64,000 nucleotides of DNA from Octopus vulgaris (GCA_951406725.2 OX597816.1:11222001-11286000), one strand, 5' to 3'. Shown: positions 12,104-26,281, counted from the first letter of the stretch. Numbers and translations: made by a program. The notes: generated by a model from the sequence alone, not told the origin.

Positions 12104-12653
12104 AAATACGCAGAGGTGATATGCATATGGAAGCTGTTCAGTAGATAATTATTTAAGCCACGAAGGAAATGTCATTTGATCTGTATTAATTCTAAATATA
12201 AGTTATGTGCAGAAGATACATTGAGTTAACAAGAATTCTAAAGGAATATAACTAGCCACTGGATTTGGTTAAAAAGAGACGATGAGCAATGGCTAGAGAA
12301 ATAGTGAGCTTTATTTAACAACCAGTTGATCTAGCAAGCGAGGCTTCATATCAGTGAGGGGAGCTGGTGTGCATTGATGCCGTTGAGAGGTAGGCCCTGA
12401 AACGGCATGCCTTCTCTCCTGATGACCCCCTACACTTGCTGGCTTCCGGTGTGTGGAGTTCTTGACTGGTAACACTTGCATGTGCAAGTTGTTTGCAAAA
12501 CATCAAATACGCAGAGGAGATATGCATATGGAAGCTGTTCAGTAGATAATTATTTAAGCCATGAAGGAAATGCAATTTGGTCTGTATTAATTCTAAATAT
12601 AAGTTATGTGCAGAAGATATATTGAGTTAACAAGAATTCTAAAGCAAAATAAC
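12104..12653. repeat. Partial tandem element: 149-bp direct repeats (12104-12252, 12505-12653), period 401
   Basis: aaatacgcagagg...aagaattctaaag occurs twice with few mismatches around a GC-richer core. Confidence 0.85.
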
Positions 12654-12829
12654 GAATATAATAAGCATTAAAGAAGATATTCTATTTTCATAAAAATATG
12701 TTGTGTAAGAAAGGAATGAATATTTAGAATTAGATAAATGTGCTCCAGTATGGCTGCAGTGAAATTACTGAAACAAATAAAAGAATAAAAGATGAGCAAC
12801 TCATGGATAAAAGTAGATTTAGAAATGAT

Positions 12830-13165
12830 GAAGCTGTTGTTGATGAGGATAAGGGTAATGATTATGATGATGATGTTGATGTGTCAGGAAGATGAGGATG
12901 CTGATGCCGATAATAATGATAATTGTAATGATGATGGAGACGATGATAATGACGATAAGGAAGAGGGGGAGGAAAAAGAAGAGGAGATGTATCATGATGA
13001 CAATGGCAATAATGAGAAGATGAAAACAACAATGATGATGGGGAAGAAGAGGAAAAGATGTTCAATGATGATGATGGTGATGATGATGATGACGACGACG
13101 ATGATGATGATGATGAGGATGATGATGATGATGATGATGACAATGATGGTGATGATAATGATAAT
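12830..13165. repeat. Degenerate (GAT)n triplet repeat
   Basis: Direct reading. It is the source of the spurious M/D/S-rich ORFs. Confidence 0.9.
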
Positions 13166-13650
13166 TTTAAACTGAATTAAACTCATTGACAAATGCGCAA
13201 CCTTCAAGTTTTATCACTCCAGAAAAATCAATATTGACTTTGAAGCGGTTTTTTAAAATAGTTTCTGCTGTGTTTTTAACCACATCTTTATATGTGCTTC
13301 TTTAAATAAATCTTTTTTAAAGCGATTAACATTTGTATCTTTGAAAATAGCTCAAGCTTGTTTTAGTCTTCCAGTAATTTCATTCATGGCCTTGGTACAA
13401 TTTCTCTAACACTATCTACAACCTCATCCATTCATGTTTTTACTTATTTATATTTTACATGTTATAGTCGTTATATTACAGCCACGCTGAGGCTCCATCA
13501 GGACATTGGTTGGCCTGAGGCCATAGTGTGGAGGCACATGGCTTAGTGGTTAGGGCGTTGGACTCATAATCATAAAATTGTGGTTTCAGTTCCTGGACTG
13601 GGTGATGTGTTGTGTTCTTGAGCAAAACCATATTTCACATTGCTCTAGTA

Positions 13651-14024
13651 CAAAGGTTATCAACCCATTTTGGCCAAAGGCCCCCTTTTGACCCTTGGAG
13701 TCACAAATGGCCCCTTTCCCTAGAAAATGTTTTTATTTTTCAATATACTACTTAATTTGATATCAGCAGATAATGATTAAAAAATAAAGGATGTCGTTTT
13801 ACATATGTGCTTGTATGCAGTTGGGAGTGCAGATGTACAAATTGAAATGCAAAAAAAAAAACCAAAAAAATGAATTGAAAGTTTGATAAATGTGTTTATT
13901 TTGACTACACGACACATATGAGATCAATGTATTGTCTATCGAAAGAGTGCTCTTTGGTACAAGAGAGCCCCTTTGCTCCAAAACGTCCCCCTCAAACTCA
14001 AAATGGTCCCTGTTGAGAACCTTT
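13651..14024. mobile_element. hAT-like MITE nested in a tRNA-headed SINE (about 13530-14165)
   Basis: Termini caaaggttatcaac / gttgagaaccttt. The host SINE resumes on both sides. The 8-bp TSD is not clean. Confidence 0.55.
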
Positions 14025-14194
14025 AGTCCATTCAGTTAGCAAAAATGAGTAATCCTCTGCTGGACTAGTGCCCCATCCAGGGGTAAAAACATGTATGAAC
14101 CACAGAAACTGGGAAACCAGCTCTCTGAATCTATATCACTCAGGAAGGATCTTTACGCTTATCTTATCCTGTGGCTATTGCAGAAGACACAATG

Positions 14195-14427
14195 AAGGCG
14201 GCGAGCTGGCAGAAATGTTAGCACGCCGGGCGAAATGCGTAGCCGTATTTCGTCTGCTGTTACGTTCTGAGTTCAAATTCTGCCAAGGTCGACTTTGCCT
14301 TTCATCCTTTTGGGGTCGATAAATTAAGTACCAGTAATGCACTGGGGTCGATGTAATCAACTTAATCCATTTGTCTGTCCTTGTTTGTCCCCTCTATGTT
14401 TAGCCCCTTGTGGGTAGTAAAGAAATA
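14195..14427 (+). mobile_element. SINE-B full-length monomer nested in a SINE-A fragment
   Basis: ggcggcgagctggcagaa...gagttcaaattc...aagaaata, with gcagaagacac duplicated on both flanks. Confidence 0.85.
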
Positions 14428-14524
14428 TATAGCAGAAGACACTTGCCTAAGATGCTGTGCAGTGGGACTGAACCTAAAACCATGTGGCTGCAAAGTGAGT
14501 TTCTTAACCACACAGCCATTCTTT

Positions 14525-14840
14525 CTTGAGAGGATTTTAATTTTCCTTATCTTTGAAACCAGTTTCTCTTCCATATAATTGTCCATTGAATCAATATTTA
14601 TTTCTTCATCTGCAAACCTCAAGGCAGTAACATTATTAGAATTAACTGTAAATGCTTGGGATATTCCAATGAAGAAGCATTGAATTAAAACAGCCATCTA
14701 TGTATCATACAGAAAGTATATACATTGTTGACAGGCAAGATGCTTCAGTTTTTGTCTGAGATAAAGTCTCTTACAGATACGTATTGTTGATAGTTTTATA
14801 TGGGTTTCATATTTTGATGAAAGGTCAGTCATTTCAGGTA
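14525..14840 (-). pseudogene. Possible decayed LINE reverse transcriptase fragment
   Basis: NVTALRFADE resembles the RTE-type LRFADD motif. One in-frame stop. Confidence 0.3.
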
Positions 14841-15195
14841 AGGGGGAAATTATATATATCATTTCCAGCAATTGACTGGTACTTATTTTATGGAACTTGA
14901 AAATATGGCCCAAAGGTATAATAGAAAACACTCACTCAAGGTGCCATTTAGTGAAACTGAAATCAGAACCATGCGGCTGGAAAGCAAACATCTTACCACA
15001 CAGCCACACCTGTTAGATATGATACATAGAAAGCTCTTCACAGTGGTGCCCCAGCATGGTTGTAGTCTAATGAGTGAAACAAAGAATGGAATAAAAGATA
15101 AGATAAATGATGGCTAATTGTAAACAAAAATAGTGTAAATTTATTCCTTGGTTATTATTTAAATTATAACTGGCTGTAAATGAAATCTTGCTTCC

Positions 15196-15460
15196 TCAAC
15201 AGTTAAAAACAAAATAAGTTTTAAATCCATTCTTGGAATGAAAGACAGGATCAATATAAGATCTTATTTCATTCTTTATTCTATTTAGTATTGTTTCTTT
15301 GAGGTGGTCAAAGGCCACTTTGTGTTTCAAATATTTTACATCTTCCGGAATACATAATATACGAAAAATAATAGATCGTTTAAATTGAGAATTTATGTTC
15401 AATTTCTTCCAAATACAGAATTGCGTATCTTCATTGCAGTAATCTTTGAATTTAATTTCT

Positions 15461-15462
<2 letters not shown>
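15196..15462 (-). pseudogene. Possible L1/Tx1-like ORF2 C-terminal remnant
   Basis: FCIWKKLN...LNRIKNEIR resembles the IWKxRN region of L1-clade ORF2. Confidence 0.3.
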
Positions 15463-15504
<42 letters not shown>

Positions 15505-16245
15505 TATGCACACTTATATATTTCCTTTACCAATTTCTCTTCATCTTTTATGAAAATTAAACCCTTTATTAGTCATAGATGCTAGAACAATCACACCGAT
15601 ATTAAAATGGGATTGCTCTGCCAAGAGATTATGTTTCAATGCTTCATTTGGTTTAACTTCCTCTATGTTGTTTAGGGTTTGTTCAAAGCATTGCCAGCAC
15701 CAACATGCACAGCGACAAAAGCCATTTTTAATAGAACTCGCGCCATCATGATCATTACTCTAGTTTTCATTATCATTATCAAAATCACCATCAGAATAAT
15801 TACTATTTTTCCCCATTAACTTCATTGCCGTTATCCTTTCTTCTCTGCAAGAATATAAACAATACACGAATAAAATAAAGCAATAATAACAATAACAATG
15901 TTGTAATAATGAAAAGAAAAGAAACATAAGCCTATTAAGATGTTTCGTTCCCATTAGCAAATAAATCAGTGTTTTAAGAATTGGTTGACACACGCAATTA
16001 CACACAGATTATAACGAGGAAAAGTGTGTGTGTGTGTGTGCACATAAAGTTATACACACGTTCTAGAGAATTTAAGCATATATTCATCGTGTGCACACAC
16101 ACATGCATGTGTGCAGGCATGTACATGCACACACATACACATATGCACACAAGCAAACACACGCACACAATCAGTCACATATATTCATATTCACACACAC
16201 ACACACACATACACATATATACATATATATGTAGGTGTGTGTTTA

Positions 16246-16255
16246 TATAGATAGG

Positions 16256-16327
<72 letters not shown>

Positions 16328-16503
16328 CAGATAGGAAGCTAGGTAGATAGACAGATATATAATATATATATATATAGATAGATAGATAGCTCACTCAATA
16401 GATAGATAGGTTGGTAGATAGCTCAATAGATAGATAGATAGATCGGTAGGTAGATAGAGAGACATGTAGGTAGGCAGGTAGATGGAGAGATAGGTTGGTA
16501 CAA

Positions 16504-16572
<69 letters not shown>

Positions 16573-17038
16573 GAAATAGCATCTCTTTCCAGTCCTACAA
16601 AAGAAATACAAAATATATAAATGTTATCAGAAAAAGCAAAAAGCTAATAAAAAAACAGAAAACAACCTGCAAATTAACAAGAAACACTATGGAACCACTC
16701 TGTCTCAATCTGAATGCATTAATTTTCACAATTTGTAATAAAATGAATTTAATAATTTCTATAGAATTCCTGGAATCTTTCATTTAATCACTTATCAAAA
16801 TTTCACACTTGCTTTGTTTGTATGAGTATTTGTATACATACATATATACACACATGTGTAAATGCCTGCATTCATAGATATCTGTGTAGAAATATACATA
16901 TATGCATGCATACATGTCAGCATACATGTATACATTCATGCACACGTGTGTATACTCACACTACTATGTGTGCCAACAAACACATCCATGAATATATACA
17001 TTGCTACACACACACACATATATATATATGTATATATG

Positions 17039-17114
<76 letters not shown>

Positions 17115-17298
17115 AACACACACACACTTGCATTCACACGCACAGATGCTCACACACACATATACGTAAGTAAACATAGATATATGTTTATATATATATA
17201 TACATATATATATGTTTATATATTTATATATATATGCATATGTATATTTGTATATACACACACACTCTACATATATATTTATATACATATACACCCCC

Positions 17299-17330
<32 letters not shown>

Positions 17331-17400
17331 CTCTATCTCTTTATCTATCTATCTATCTGTCTATCTAGTTATTAATCTATATCTGTATCAATATATAATG

Positions 17401-17436
<36 letters not shown>

Positions 17437-17700
17437 ATATATGTATCTATATATATTCTGTATATCCCATGCTCATATTTATGCATTATGCATGTATTGA
17501 TACATACACACATTTATATATATACATATATATATATTTGTGTGTGTGTGTATTCATATATGTATATATAAATATCTGCATACACATGTATATATATATA
17601 TACATATGTATGCATGTATTTATGTATGTATGTATGTATGTATGTATGTATGTATGTATGTATGTATGTATGTATGTATACGTACATGTATATAATGAAT
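16246..17700. repeat. (TAGA)n, (TA)n and (TATG)n microsatellite-rich block
   Basis: Direct reading. A short unique spacer lies at about 16575-16820. Confidence 0.9.
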
Positions 17701-18689
17701 TTCATGCTTACAATCTATAATGCGTGGGTGTGAGTTTATGTGTGCATACATTTGTCTGCTTGTGAGTGTACATGTTTGGCTTCTATTCACACATTTCTCT
17801 TATAACTTTTAATTCTTCTTTAAATGCTTCTCCTCCTGCATTTCCCTGTGTGTCTGTGGCTTGTGTATGTGCCTCTCTGCATAAATACATATTTGAATAC
17901 TATATCTCTTTTCTGTATTTATTCGTATTTCACTTCCTGGTGTTGTATTGTTGTTTTTTTCTTCTTCCCTTGACATATACATATGTGTTATTATATGTAT
18001 TCATTAGCATAGCTAATATAATTGCTTTCCTTGTAGAGCTTCTATATTTCTGTCGATATGATTTTGTTTCTTATGTTCTTCCATATTCGATTGCATTGTA
18101 AATGACTTATGATGGATTACAATGTCATCACACGAGTTCAAATCTCATTTTTATTACTAGTCAGCAGTTATAAATATGAATGCTGATGTCATAAAATACA
18201 ATATGGAATCCTTCACTAGAGTTATTGTTGATGATAATAACGATGATTACGAAGATGATGGTAATGTTCTTTAACCTTAGCTGAAACATGACGGAGCTGG
18301 CTTAGAATCAAAAGTACGCCAGGGCATACAATTTTCTGATATTCTGAATATATGAATATATGAGGTGCTGGAATGGCTGAGTGCTTAACGATCTTGTTTT
18401 CTAACCAAGTCCAATATTCTGTATTTCTGTGTTAATTTATGTAATAAAGCATTCCCTGATGATTCGTTCTGGTTAAGCATCCAAATGCACTTAGAACACC
18501 CTGATGGCCATGCCTCGAATATATGCTGTTGTGAATTCCCATGTGTTTTCGTGTTTTAATCCAAAATGGAGATGGACACCTATTTTTCAATGGAATTGGC
18601 TTGAAGAATTGAAAAGATATTTTTTTAACATGAAACCAATAGTAACCTTAATACACATATATATATATACACTAAAATCCAGGCTACAT

Positions 18690-19243
18690 ATGTTTCTATG
18701 TCACGCTGGTGAGACCCATATTGGAGTACGGGATTCAAGCCTCTTCTCCTTATCTCCTCAAAGACATACAGCATCTCGAAAGAGTCCAGAAGCTGGCTAC
18801 TCGCATGGTTCATGGTCTCAAAAATTTGTCCTATGAAGAAAGGCTGAGGACGCTCGACCTTTATTCTCTTGAAAAACGCCGCCGCCGTGGTGATCTCATT
18901 CTCGCCCACAACATCATAAGCGGAAAGTGTAACCTCTCGAAAGAGCTGTTCTTCACTCCTGCTCCAGAGTGTCGGCTGTGGGGTCATTCCGAAAAGCTCT
19001 ACCTGCGACGATTTCATCTCAATCGAAGGAGAGGAGCTTTCTCCGTCCGGGTTGCGGATCCGTGGAACAAGCTGCCAGACGAGATGGTGAAGATGCCGAC
19101 GACCACTTTGTTCAAAGCCTCCCTTGACCTCAAGTGGCCTGAACTCTTTACATGAACACCACCCTGTACTTAACTCCATGTCCCCCTACATGGCATTGCT
19201 ATTTGCTTTTGAGCCAAATTAACTAACTAACTAACTAACTAAC
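18690..19243 (+). mobile_element. CR1-clade LINE, 5'-truncated (ORF2 C-terminus, 3' UTR, (AACT)n tail)
   Basis: ORF 18709-19155 VRPILEY...LERVQKLATRMV..L..LSYEERL..L.L.SLEKRR.RGDLI...FSVRV...WNKLP is the typical CR1 C-terminus. Confidence 0.92.
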
Positions 19244-19504
19244 AAAGATAGTGGAACCTTGGAAGTAGTAATTATCCAAATGACCAATCTGCATACAGCT
19301 TAAATGTCACAGTTTGAATGGTGTACCAATATTACTGACAATATTACTTTATTTTAACCAATTAGCTTGTAGTTTACATGTCATGTTTTATGGGTGAGCA
19401 AACTTAGTTGGTTTCGATCGATTTTATTTCAATTGTGGGGAGTCTTCTGTAATTTGTTTATATTCATATGTTAGAGATATTTTTTAATTCACAGCATTAA
19501 CTGG

Positions 19505-19705
19505 TTGTTATATCATTGTTGTTATTTCTGTTCAGAACAGGTTTGAACATTTTAATAAACCGTTTTTCTTTTATCTTCCTTCCAAACTCACTTGTGTCAT
19601 CTAGTTTGTGGAAAGGAAAAATTAGAAACATTTTCTGACCACGTGTTTCTATATGTTCGTTCAATGGAACTTGGTGAACATTAGTGTTCCAGATTTGTTT
19701 TAACT
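19505..19705 (-). pseudogene. Penelope-like element GIY-YIG C-terminal remnant
   Basis: HIETRGQKMFLIFPFHK...RKIKEKRFIKMFKPVLN fits the R-x-x-x-E-x-x-x-I-x-x-x-x-P-x-L-N end of PLE endonucleases. Confidence 0.65.
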
Positions 19706-20177
19706 TTATTATTTGATATATATACATTCTTTTATTCTTTTATATGTTTCAGTCATTTGACTAGGGCCACGCTGGAGCTCTGCCTTATATCTGTGTGTGT
19801 GTGTTTGTATGTATCGTTGTCTTGACATCATGTGATGGTTGTAAATAAGCATCATCATCATGACACAAGTGATGCTGTTCTTTTTCAATGTTCCATGCAA
19901 ACATTTCTGGCCATAATGGAATATTGCCTTACTTAGAAACTGGTGAACCAATATGAAACCTAGAGAAAGAAATTGCATGGATAGAATATATAAAAGAAAG
20001 TTATAACACTTAAAGTTCATGACAAGAAAAATAAAGGAATCTGAACAAAAGTTTCCTTTCTTTTTCTCTCTTTCTCTCTCTATTTGTTTTCCAAACTTGA
20101 GAAGAAAATAAATGACTGTAAATATATTCATTGTCTTTATGACTTTTGTTACTTCACCAACTGAAAATAAAAAGAAA

Positions 20178-20597
20178 TGCTTCTTTCAGTTTCCATATAT
20201 GAAACCCACTAAGAGGACTTTGGTTGTCCCAAGGCTATAGTAGAAGACACTTTCCTAATTTGCTATGCAGTAGGGCTGAACCCAGAAACATTTGGTTGGA
20301 AAGCAAGCTTCTTATTTCTTTATTGCCCACAGAGGGCTAAACATAGAGAGGACAAACAAGGACAGACAAAGAGATTAAGTTGATTACATCGGCCCCAGTG
20401 CATAACTGGTACTTATTTAATCAACCCCGAAAGGATGAAAGGCAAAGTCGACCTCAGCAGAATTTGAACTCAGAACGTAAAGACAGACGAAATACTACTA
20501 AGCATTTTGCCCGGTGTGCTAACATTTCTACCGACTCACCACCTTAATATAGTTGCAGGTGTCAAGCTTCTTACCACACAGCCACACCTGCCCCTAT
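20178..20597 (-). mobile_element. SINE-A 5' half with a SINE-B (20313-20545) nested in its head
   Basis: aagcttctt occurs on both sides of the SINE-B. Confidence 0.8.
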
Positions 20598-20901
20598 GTT
20601 AAATATATTCAGCCTTTTCAGTTGGAACTTATCATATTGTTTGTGGCAATAAAATGCCAGAGAGTACAAGACACATGTTGATCAGTGTAGCGCATCAGGT
20701 AGAATAAGATGAATATTAAAGTGAGTTCTGATTCAAAACAGGAAAAGAAGAAAAACGAAAGGAAAATGTAGACTCAAACAAATATTAATATGGTTGTCAT
20801 AATTTTATATATTTGTGATAATATTGTGTCACAGGTAATGTAAATATTTAATACCTGCTTCTAATTTAATCAAAACTAAATTATAAATTATAAAAAACAT
20901 T

Positions 20902-21375
20902 ATGTCCATATGTATGTATGTATGTGTGTGTTTATATGGATGTACATATGTACATATCTATGTATGTATGTGTGTATGTATGTATGTATGTATGTATGTA
21001 TGTATGTATGTATGTATGTATGTGTGTGTTTATATGGATGTACATATGTACATATCTATGTATGTATGTATGCATGTATGTATGTATGTATGTATGTATG
21101 TATGTATGTATGTATGTATGTGTGTGTTTATATGGATGTACATATGTACATATCTATGTATGTATGTGTGTATGTATGTATGTATGTATGTATGTATGTA
21201 TGTATGTATGTATGTATGTATGTATGTGTGTGTTTATATGGATGTACATATGTACATATCTATGTATGTATGTATGTATGTATGTATGTATGTATGTGTG
21301 TGTTTATATGCATGTACATATGTACATGTCTATGTATGTATGTGTGTATGTATGTGTGTATGTGTGTATGTACAT
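20902..21375. repeat. (TATG)n array with a higher-order unit of about 100 bp
   Basis: The marker gtgtgtttatatggatgtacatatgtacatatct recurs five times. Confidence 0.9.
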
Positions 21376-21379
21376 AATA

Positions 21380-21580
21380 CAAAAGAAAGAGAACATTTAT
21401 GGACCTTTGATAAAGAATTTGCTAATCCAATTCCCAAGATACACTTTCAGCTTCATACCTATTATTATTGGAGCAAAGTATAGCAAACCTGGAATCGTGA
21501 GGAGAGAACACAAATCCTTAATTCATACACTGCAGATGATCACAATATCTGGTGTAATAAAAATGTGCAACCATCCTTAA
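21380..21580 (+). pseudogene. RLE-type (R4/Dong-like) LINE endonuclease C-terminal remnant
   Basis: KKENIYGPLIKNL...YTFSFIPIIIGA...TLQMITISG. Confidence 0.55.
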
Positions 21581-21665
21581 TATTTAAAGGATAATGAACA
21601 AAAACAAATACTTTCCTTCACAACCTTTGCTAGCAAGCAGTTGGCTAGTTAAAATTTATTTTAAA

Positions 21666-22001
21666 CTAGCAGTATCGCCCGGCGTTGCTCGGATTTGTTT
21701 CGACAAGCATTATGTAGCTTGTTATTCTCTTTAAGTGAACATTTTTCTGGTTGAAATACACCAAAAAATCGTAAAAAATAGGGATTTTCATAGAAAAAAA
21801 GCACATTTTTGATGTAAACAATTTTTGGTCTTAGCATGGTCCGATTTGAAATGTTTTTTCTACGGAAGGAAGAGGAAGCCTTCTTCTGTCATACTCTCAA
21901 TTTTGGTCAACTTTTGCCACAGGGTCTCAGAGGAGATAGTGTTAATTGAAGGCTACCAAACCTGCCATACACAGACAACTTCAGCTTTATATAGAGAGAG
22001 A
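21666..22001 (-). mobile_element. Non-autonomous Helitron
   Basis: On the minus strand: A|TC start, 3' GC-rich hairpin ccgagcaacgccgg about 10 nt before CTAG|T, and no TSD. Confidence 0.75.
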
Positions 22002-22094
22002 TTAAAACGAGTAAGAGGACATACATACATACATGCATGCATGCATACATACATACATACGACTCTTCCACAATGTATTATCAGATGAAAGGAT

Positions 22095-22290
22095 GAGCTT
22101 ATTATGAACAGAAGACCATGCATGGATATGTTAGTAGAAAGCTCCAAGATTATAATAACATCGATCATCAAAGCAGTTTATCATGGACGAATAGCCTGAT
22201 TACTACTTTGAAATGTATGCATTGGCAATCCAGGAACACAAAATATCAACCAAATACTGAAGCACAGAAGGGATAGAGATGCTGGAAAAG
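22095..22290 (+). pseudogene. RLE-type LINE fragment (post-RT region)
   Basis: QKTMHGY...IDHQSSLSW...ALAIQEHKISTKY, with a frameshift and a stop. Confidence 0.55.
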
Positions 22291-22395
22291 CATTAAAATG
22301 TGACAAGGTGCCACACAGTGGGACTGAACCCGGAACCATGTGGTTGGGAAGCGAGCGTCTTACCACACAGACATGCCTGCACCTATATATGTATC

Positions 22396-22790
22396 TTTTA
22401 TCTTTTATCCTTTGCGTGTTTCATTCATTAGACTGTGGCCATGGTGGGGCACCACCTTGGTGAGTTTTAGTTGAATGAATCAACCCTGGTACTTATTTTC
22501 TTTTTAAGCCTGGTACTCATTCAATCAGTCTCTTTTGCTGAACCACAAAGTTGCAGGGATGTAAACACATCGACACCGGTTGACAAGCAGTGGTGGGGGA
22601 CAAATACAGACACAAAGACACACACATATATATATACAAAAGAGTTCTTTTAATTTCCGTCTACCTAATCTACACTCAAGGCTTTGGTTGGCCCAAGACT
22701 ATTGTAAAAGGCACTTGCCCTAGTGGAACTGAACCTGGAACCATGAGGTTGTGAAGCAAACTTCTTACCACACAGCTATATTGCCACCTA
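22396..22790 (-). mobile_element. SINE-A copy
   Basis: Consensus match. Confidence 0.8.
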
Positions 22791-23007
22791 TATATGTATA
22801 CACATTACACATACGCACACACTCAAGTGCATATATATAAATATATATACGCAAACATATATATACATACACACATGCACACACATATATACATAAACAC
22901 ATTTATATCCATACATATATGTGTGTATATTTATATACATGTATATAAATCGTATACACACACATATATATATATATACACACATATATATATATACACA
23001 CACACAC

Positions 23008-23071
<64 letters not shown>

Positions 23072-23294
23072 GTATATATATATACATATGTATGTATCTG
23101 TGTATATATATATATATACATGCATGTATGTATGTATATATGTATGTACACAAATCACATGTATATGATTTAATTGAGTGCTGTTTACCAAAATCAGATG
23201 CAGAAGAAGATGAAGAAGAGGAATAGATATTTCTCGTACAAAACATCTGTCATATTATAAACCTTGACAGCAAAATTCTACGGCATTTATTTAC

Positions 23295-23385
23295 CAAAAT
23301 ATACTGCAAAATATTTCTGTAGTCATAGTAAAAGGATTAATAGAAAATTGTAAATAGAAATAGCTTATATTACAGAATCTGGATC
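23295..23385 (-). CDS. Weak candidate exon (SRFCNISYFYLQFSINPFTMTTEIFCSIF)
   Basis: Pyrimidine-rich ttttcag acceptor, gtaaat donor, open frame in a unique island between microsatellites. Confidence 0.2.
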
Positions 23386-23976
23386 CTGAAAATAGCCGAA
23401 GAAAAAGGCAAATATGTTTTTTAAGCTATACAAAAACCCGTAAAAATAAATATACTTAAATACTTGTATAGAACTTGAAGCAAATATGAAACATGCATAC
23501 ATGGATATTCGCACAATGACTACAAGCGTATTTCGTGTTTTGTAATTGTATAATACCGTTTGTTCGTATGTATTCATATGATGCATTTTGATGTAAAATG
23601 TGCACATGTGTAAAATTGTTCTATTATGTTGTTTTGTGCATGTATACACTCGCATATGTTCATGTGCACAAATACACATAAAAATACATAACAAAATAAC
23701 ACACATATATGCATGTATATATATATATATATATATAAAGATATATATATACATATACACACACACATATATATATGTAAGTATGTATGTATGTATATAT
23801 GTAGATATAAAATGTGCTTATAAATATCTTGCATATATATATATATAAATATAAAGATAAATATATATATATATATATATATATACTTACACACACATAT
23901 ATATATAAGTATGTATTTATATATATATATATGTAGATAGATAGATAGATATAAAATGTGCTTATAAATATCTTGC

Positions 23977-24026
<50 letters not shown>

Positions 24027-24583
24027 GCATATATGTACATAGATATAGATAAACACACATGTATACATGCATATGTATATATGTGTGCATGTAAGTGTGT
24101 ATATACTTGTATATGACTATATTTATCTCTTTGTCTATCAATCTATCCATCTAGCTATCTTCCAAGCAATTTATTTGCATATGTGTGTTTGTGTGTGAGT
24201 GTGTGTGTATGAATATGTGTTTGTATGCCTGAATGTATGGATGCATGCGTGTTTGTATGCCTGAAGGTATAGATAAATAGGAAGAGAGCAAGAGAGAGAA
24301 ATGAAAATGCAGCATGATGTATATATATATATATATATATAAATATGTATCAGTTCACGTAATGAACAAAGTGCACAGCATTGGCAAATAGTGATATCAC
24401 AAAACTTATTAGTTCCATAAATACACAAATGACATACGTGTAGATAAATAGATTAAAACTCAAATGTGAAAGCCGGCTACATACATACATACATATATAA
24501 TAGCACATATATATGTATACATATATGCATATATATATATGTATGTATATATGTGCATATATATAAGTATATATATGTGTATA

Positions 24584-24616
<33 letters not shown>

Positions 24617-24904
24617 TTGTATGTATAAATATATATGCATGAGTGAGGGTGTGTTTGTGTGCATGCTTGTAGGTGGGTGAGGGCTCAGTGGTTCGTGTGG
24701 GCGCATATGAATTATATGCATGCATAAGGATGTATTCAAGAATAAGGGGGTATAGAATTTCATCCGAATGATTGCACTGCAATGTTAAGCAACAAAGAGG
24801 GAGAAGGATTGGCAAGCACAGAACAGGTGTACATATGGAGACATGTACACAGGCATCCTCTTATACACACGGATACACACATAGATGCATGTGTATATAA
24901 TATA

Positions 24905-24945
<41 letters not shown>

Positions 24946-25154
24946 CCATATATATATTTGTGTATATAGATATATGCATGTATGTATATACATGTATGAA
25001 TGTATGTATGTATGTATATATAATATATATACAATGTATATACATATAACTGTATGTTTATACCCAGCACACACATCCATGTACACACAGAGAAGAAATG
25101 TTTATTTATACATATTACTTATAGAATACATCTGCATGTGTGTATATATATGTT

Positions 25155-25185
<31 letters not shown>

Positions 25186-25297
25186 GACACATACATATAA
25201 GTGTACATGTACCATGTATCTATATATTTATCATACATAAATATTAATATATATGTACATGGAAGCGTATATATATATATATATACACCCACATACT

Positions 25298-25332
<35 letters not shown>

Positions 25333-25365
25333 TTACATACATATACACCCATACACTTACATATA

Positions 25366-25401
<36 letters not shown>

Positions 25402-26017
25402 TGTATGTATGTGTGTGTATATAATATAACTACAGAAAGAGAATGGAGAAAGGAGGAGAGAGGGAGAAAGGAAGATTGGGACAGATTGACATCTATCAAA
25501 GACACTCCTACATGGATATGTAGGTATAAGTGAGTTTGAGTCAAATAAATGGATAGAACGAGAGTGCAGAATATTATTCTCTGTGCCTCCTGTGTGTGTG
25601 TACGATATTCATGTATTCCTGAATGAGCACCTCATTGCACATCAGTGTAGGAATTAATAATGCGATATTGAAAGACAGATGAATTGGCAGGCGTACTCCA
25701 CACACACACACATGCACACACAGACACACACAAACACACACACACACATGCATACACACATGTACACATGCATGCGCACACAAACACACGCATAAATACT
25801 TGAATAAGTGCATGCATACATACATATTTAATGTAGGTGTGTATATATATGTGTGCATGCAGGTGCATGTATGTGTGAGCATGTGTGTTTGTTTGCAGGT
25901 TGGGTGTAATTTGTATTCAGGTATATATATATTTATATATATATATATATGTGTGTGTATATATACATACATATATATATATATATATACATACTGTGAA
26001 TATATACATGTGTGTAT

Positions 26018-26056
<39 letters not shown>

Positions 26057-26063
26057 CACACAC

Positions 26064-26094
<31 letters not shown>

Positions 26095-26281
26095 TGTATA
26101 TATTAACACATACATACATATATATATTTATACACACGTATACAAATACATTGTACAGATATTCATGCAACTCATATGTTTGCATGCAGTTGTGTGTATG
26201 TGTGTGTGTTTGCATATGCACATATATATGTGTGTATATATATATATATATACATACATACACACACACACATATATGTAT

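Noticed and set aside
14777-14837. Plus-strand exon-like segment with a gtaagg donor
   Set aside because: It overlaps antisense to a probable LINE RT remnant and has no supporting homology.
18504-18660. Possible second Penelope endonuclease tail (YFFNMKP)
   Set aside because: Similarity too weak, and the listed ORF runs into a TA tract and CR1.
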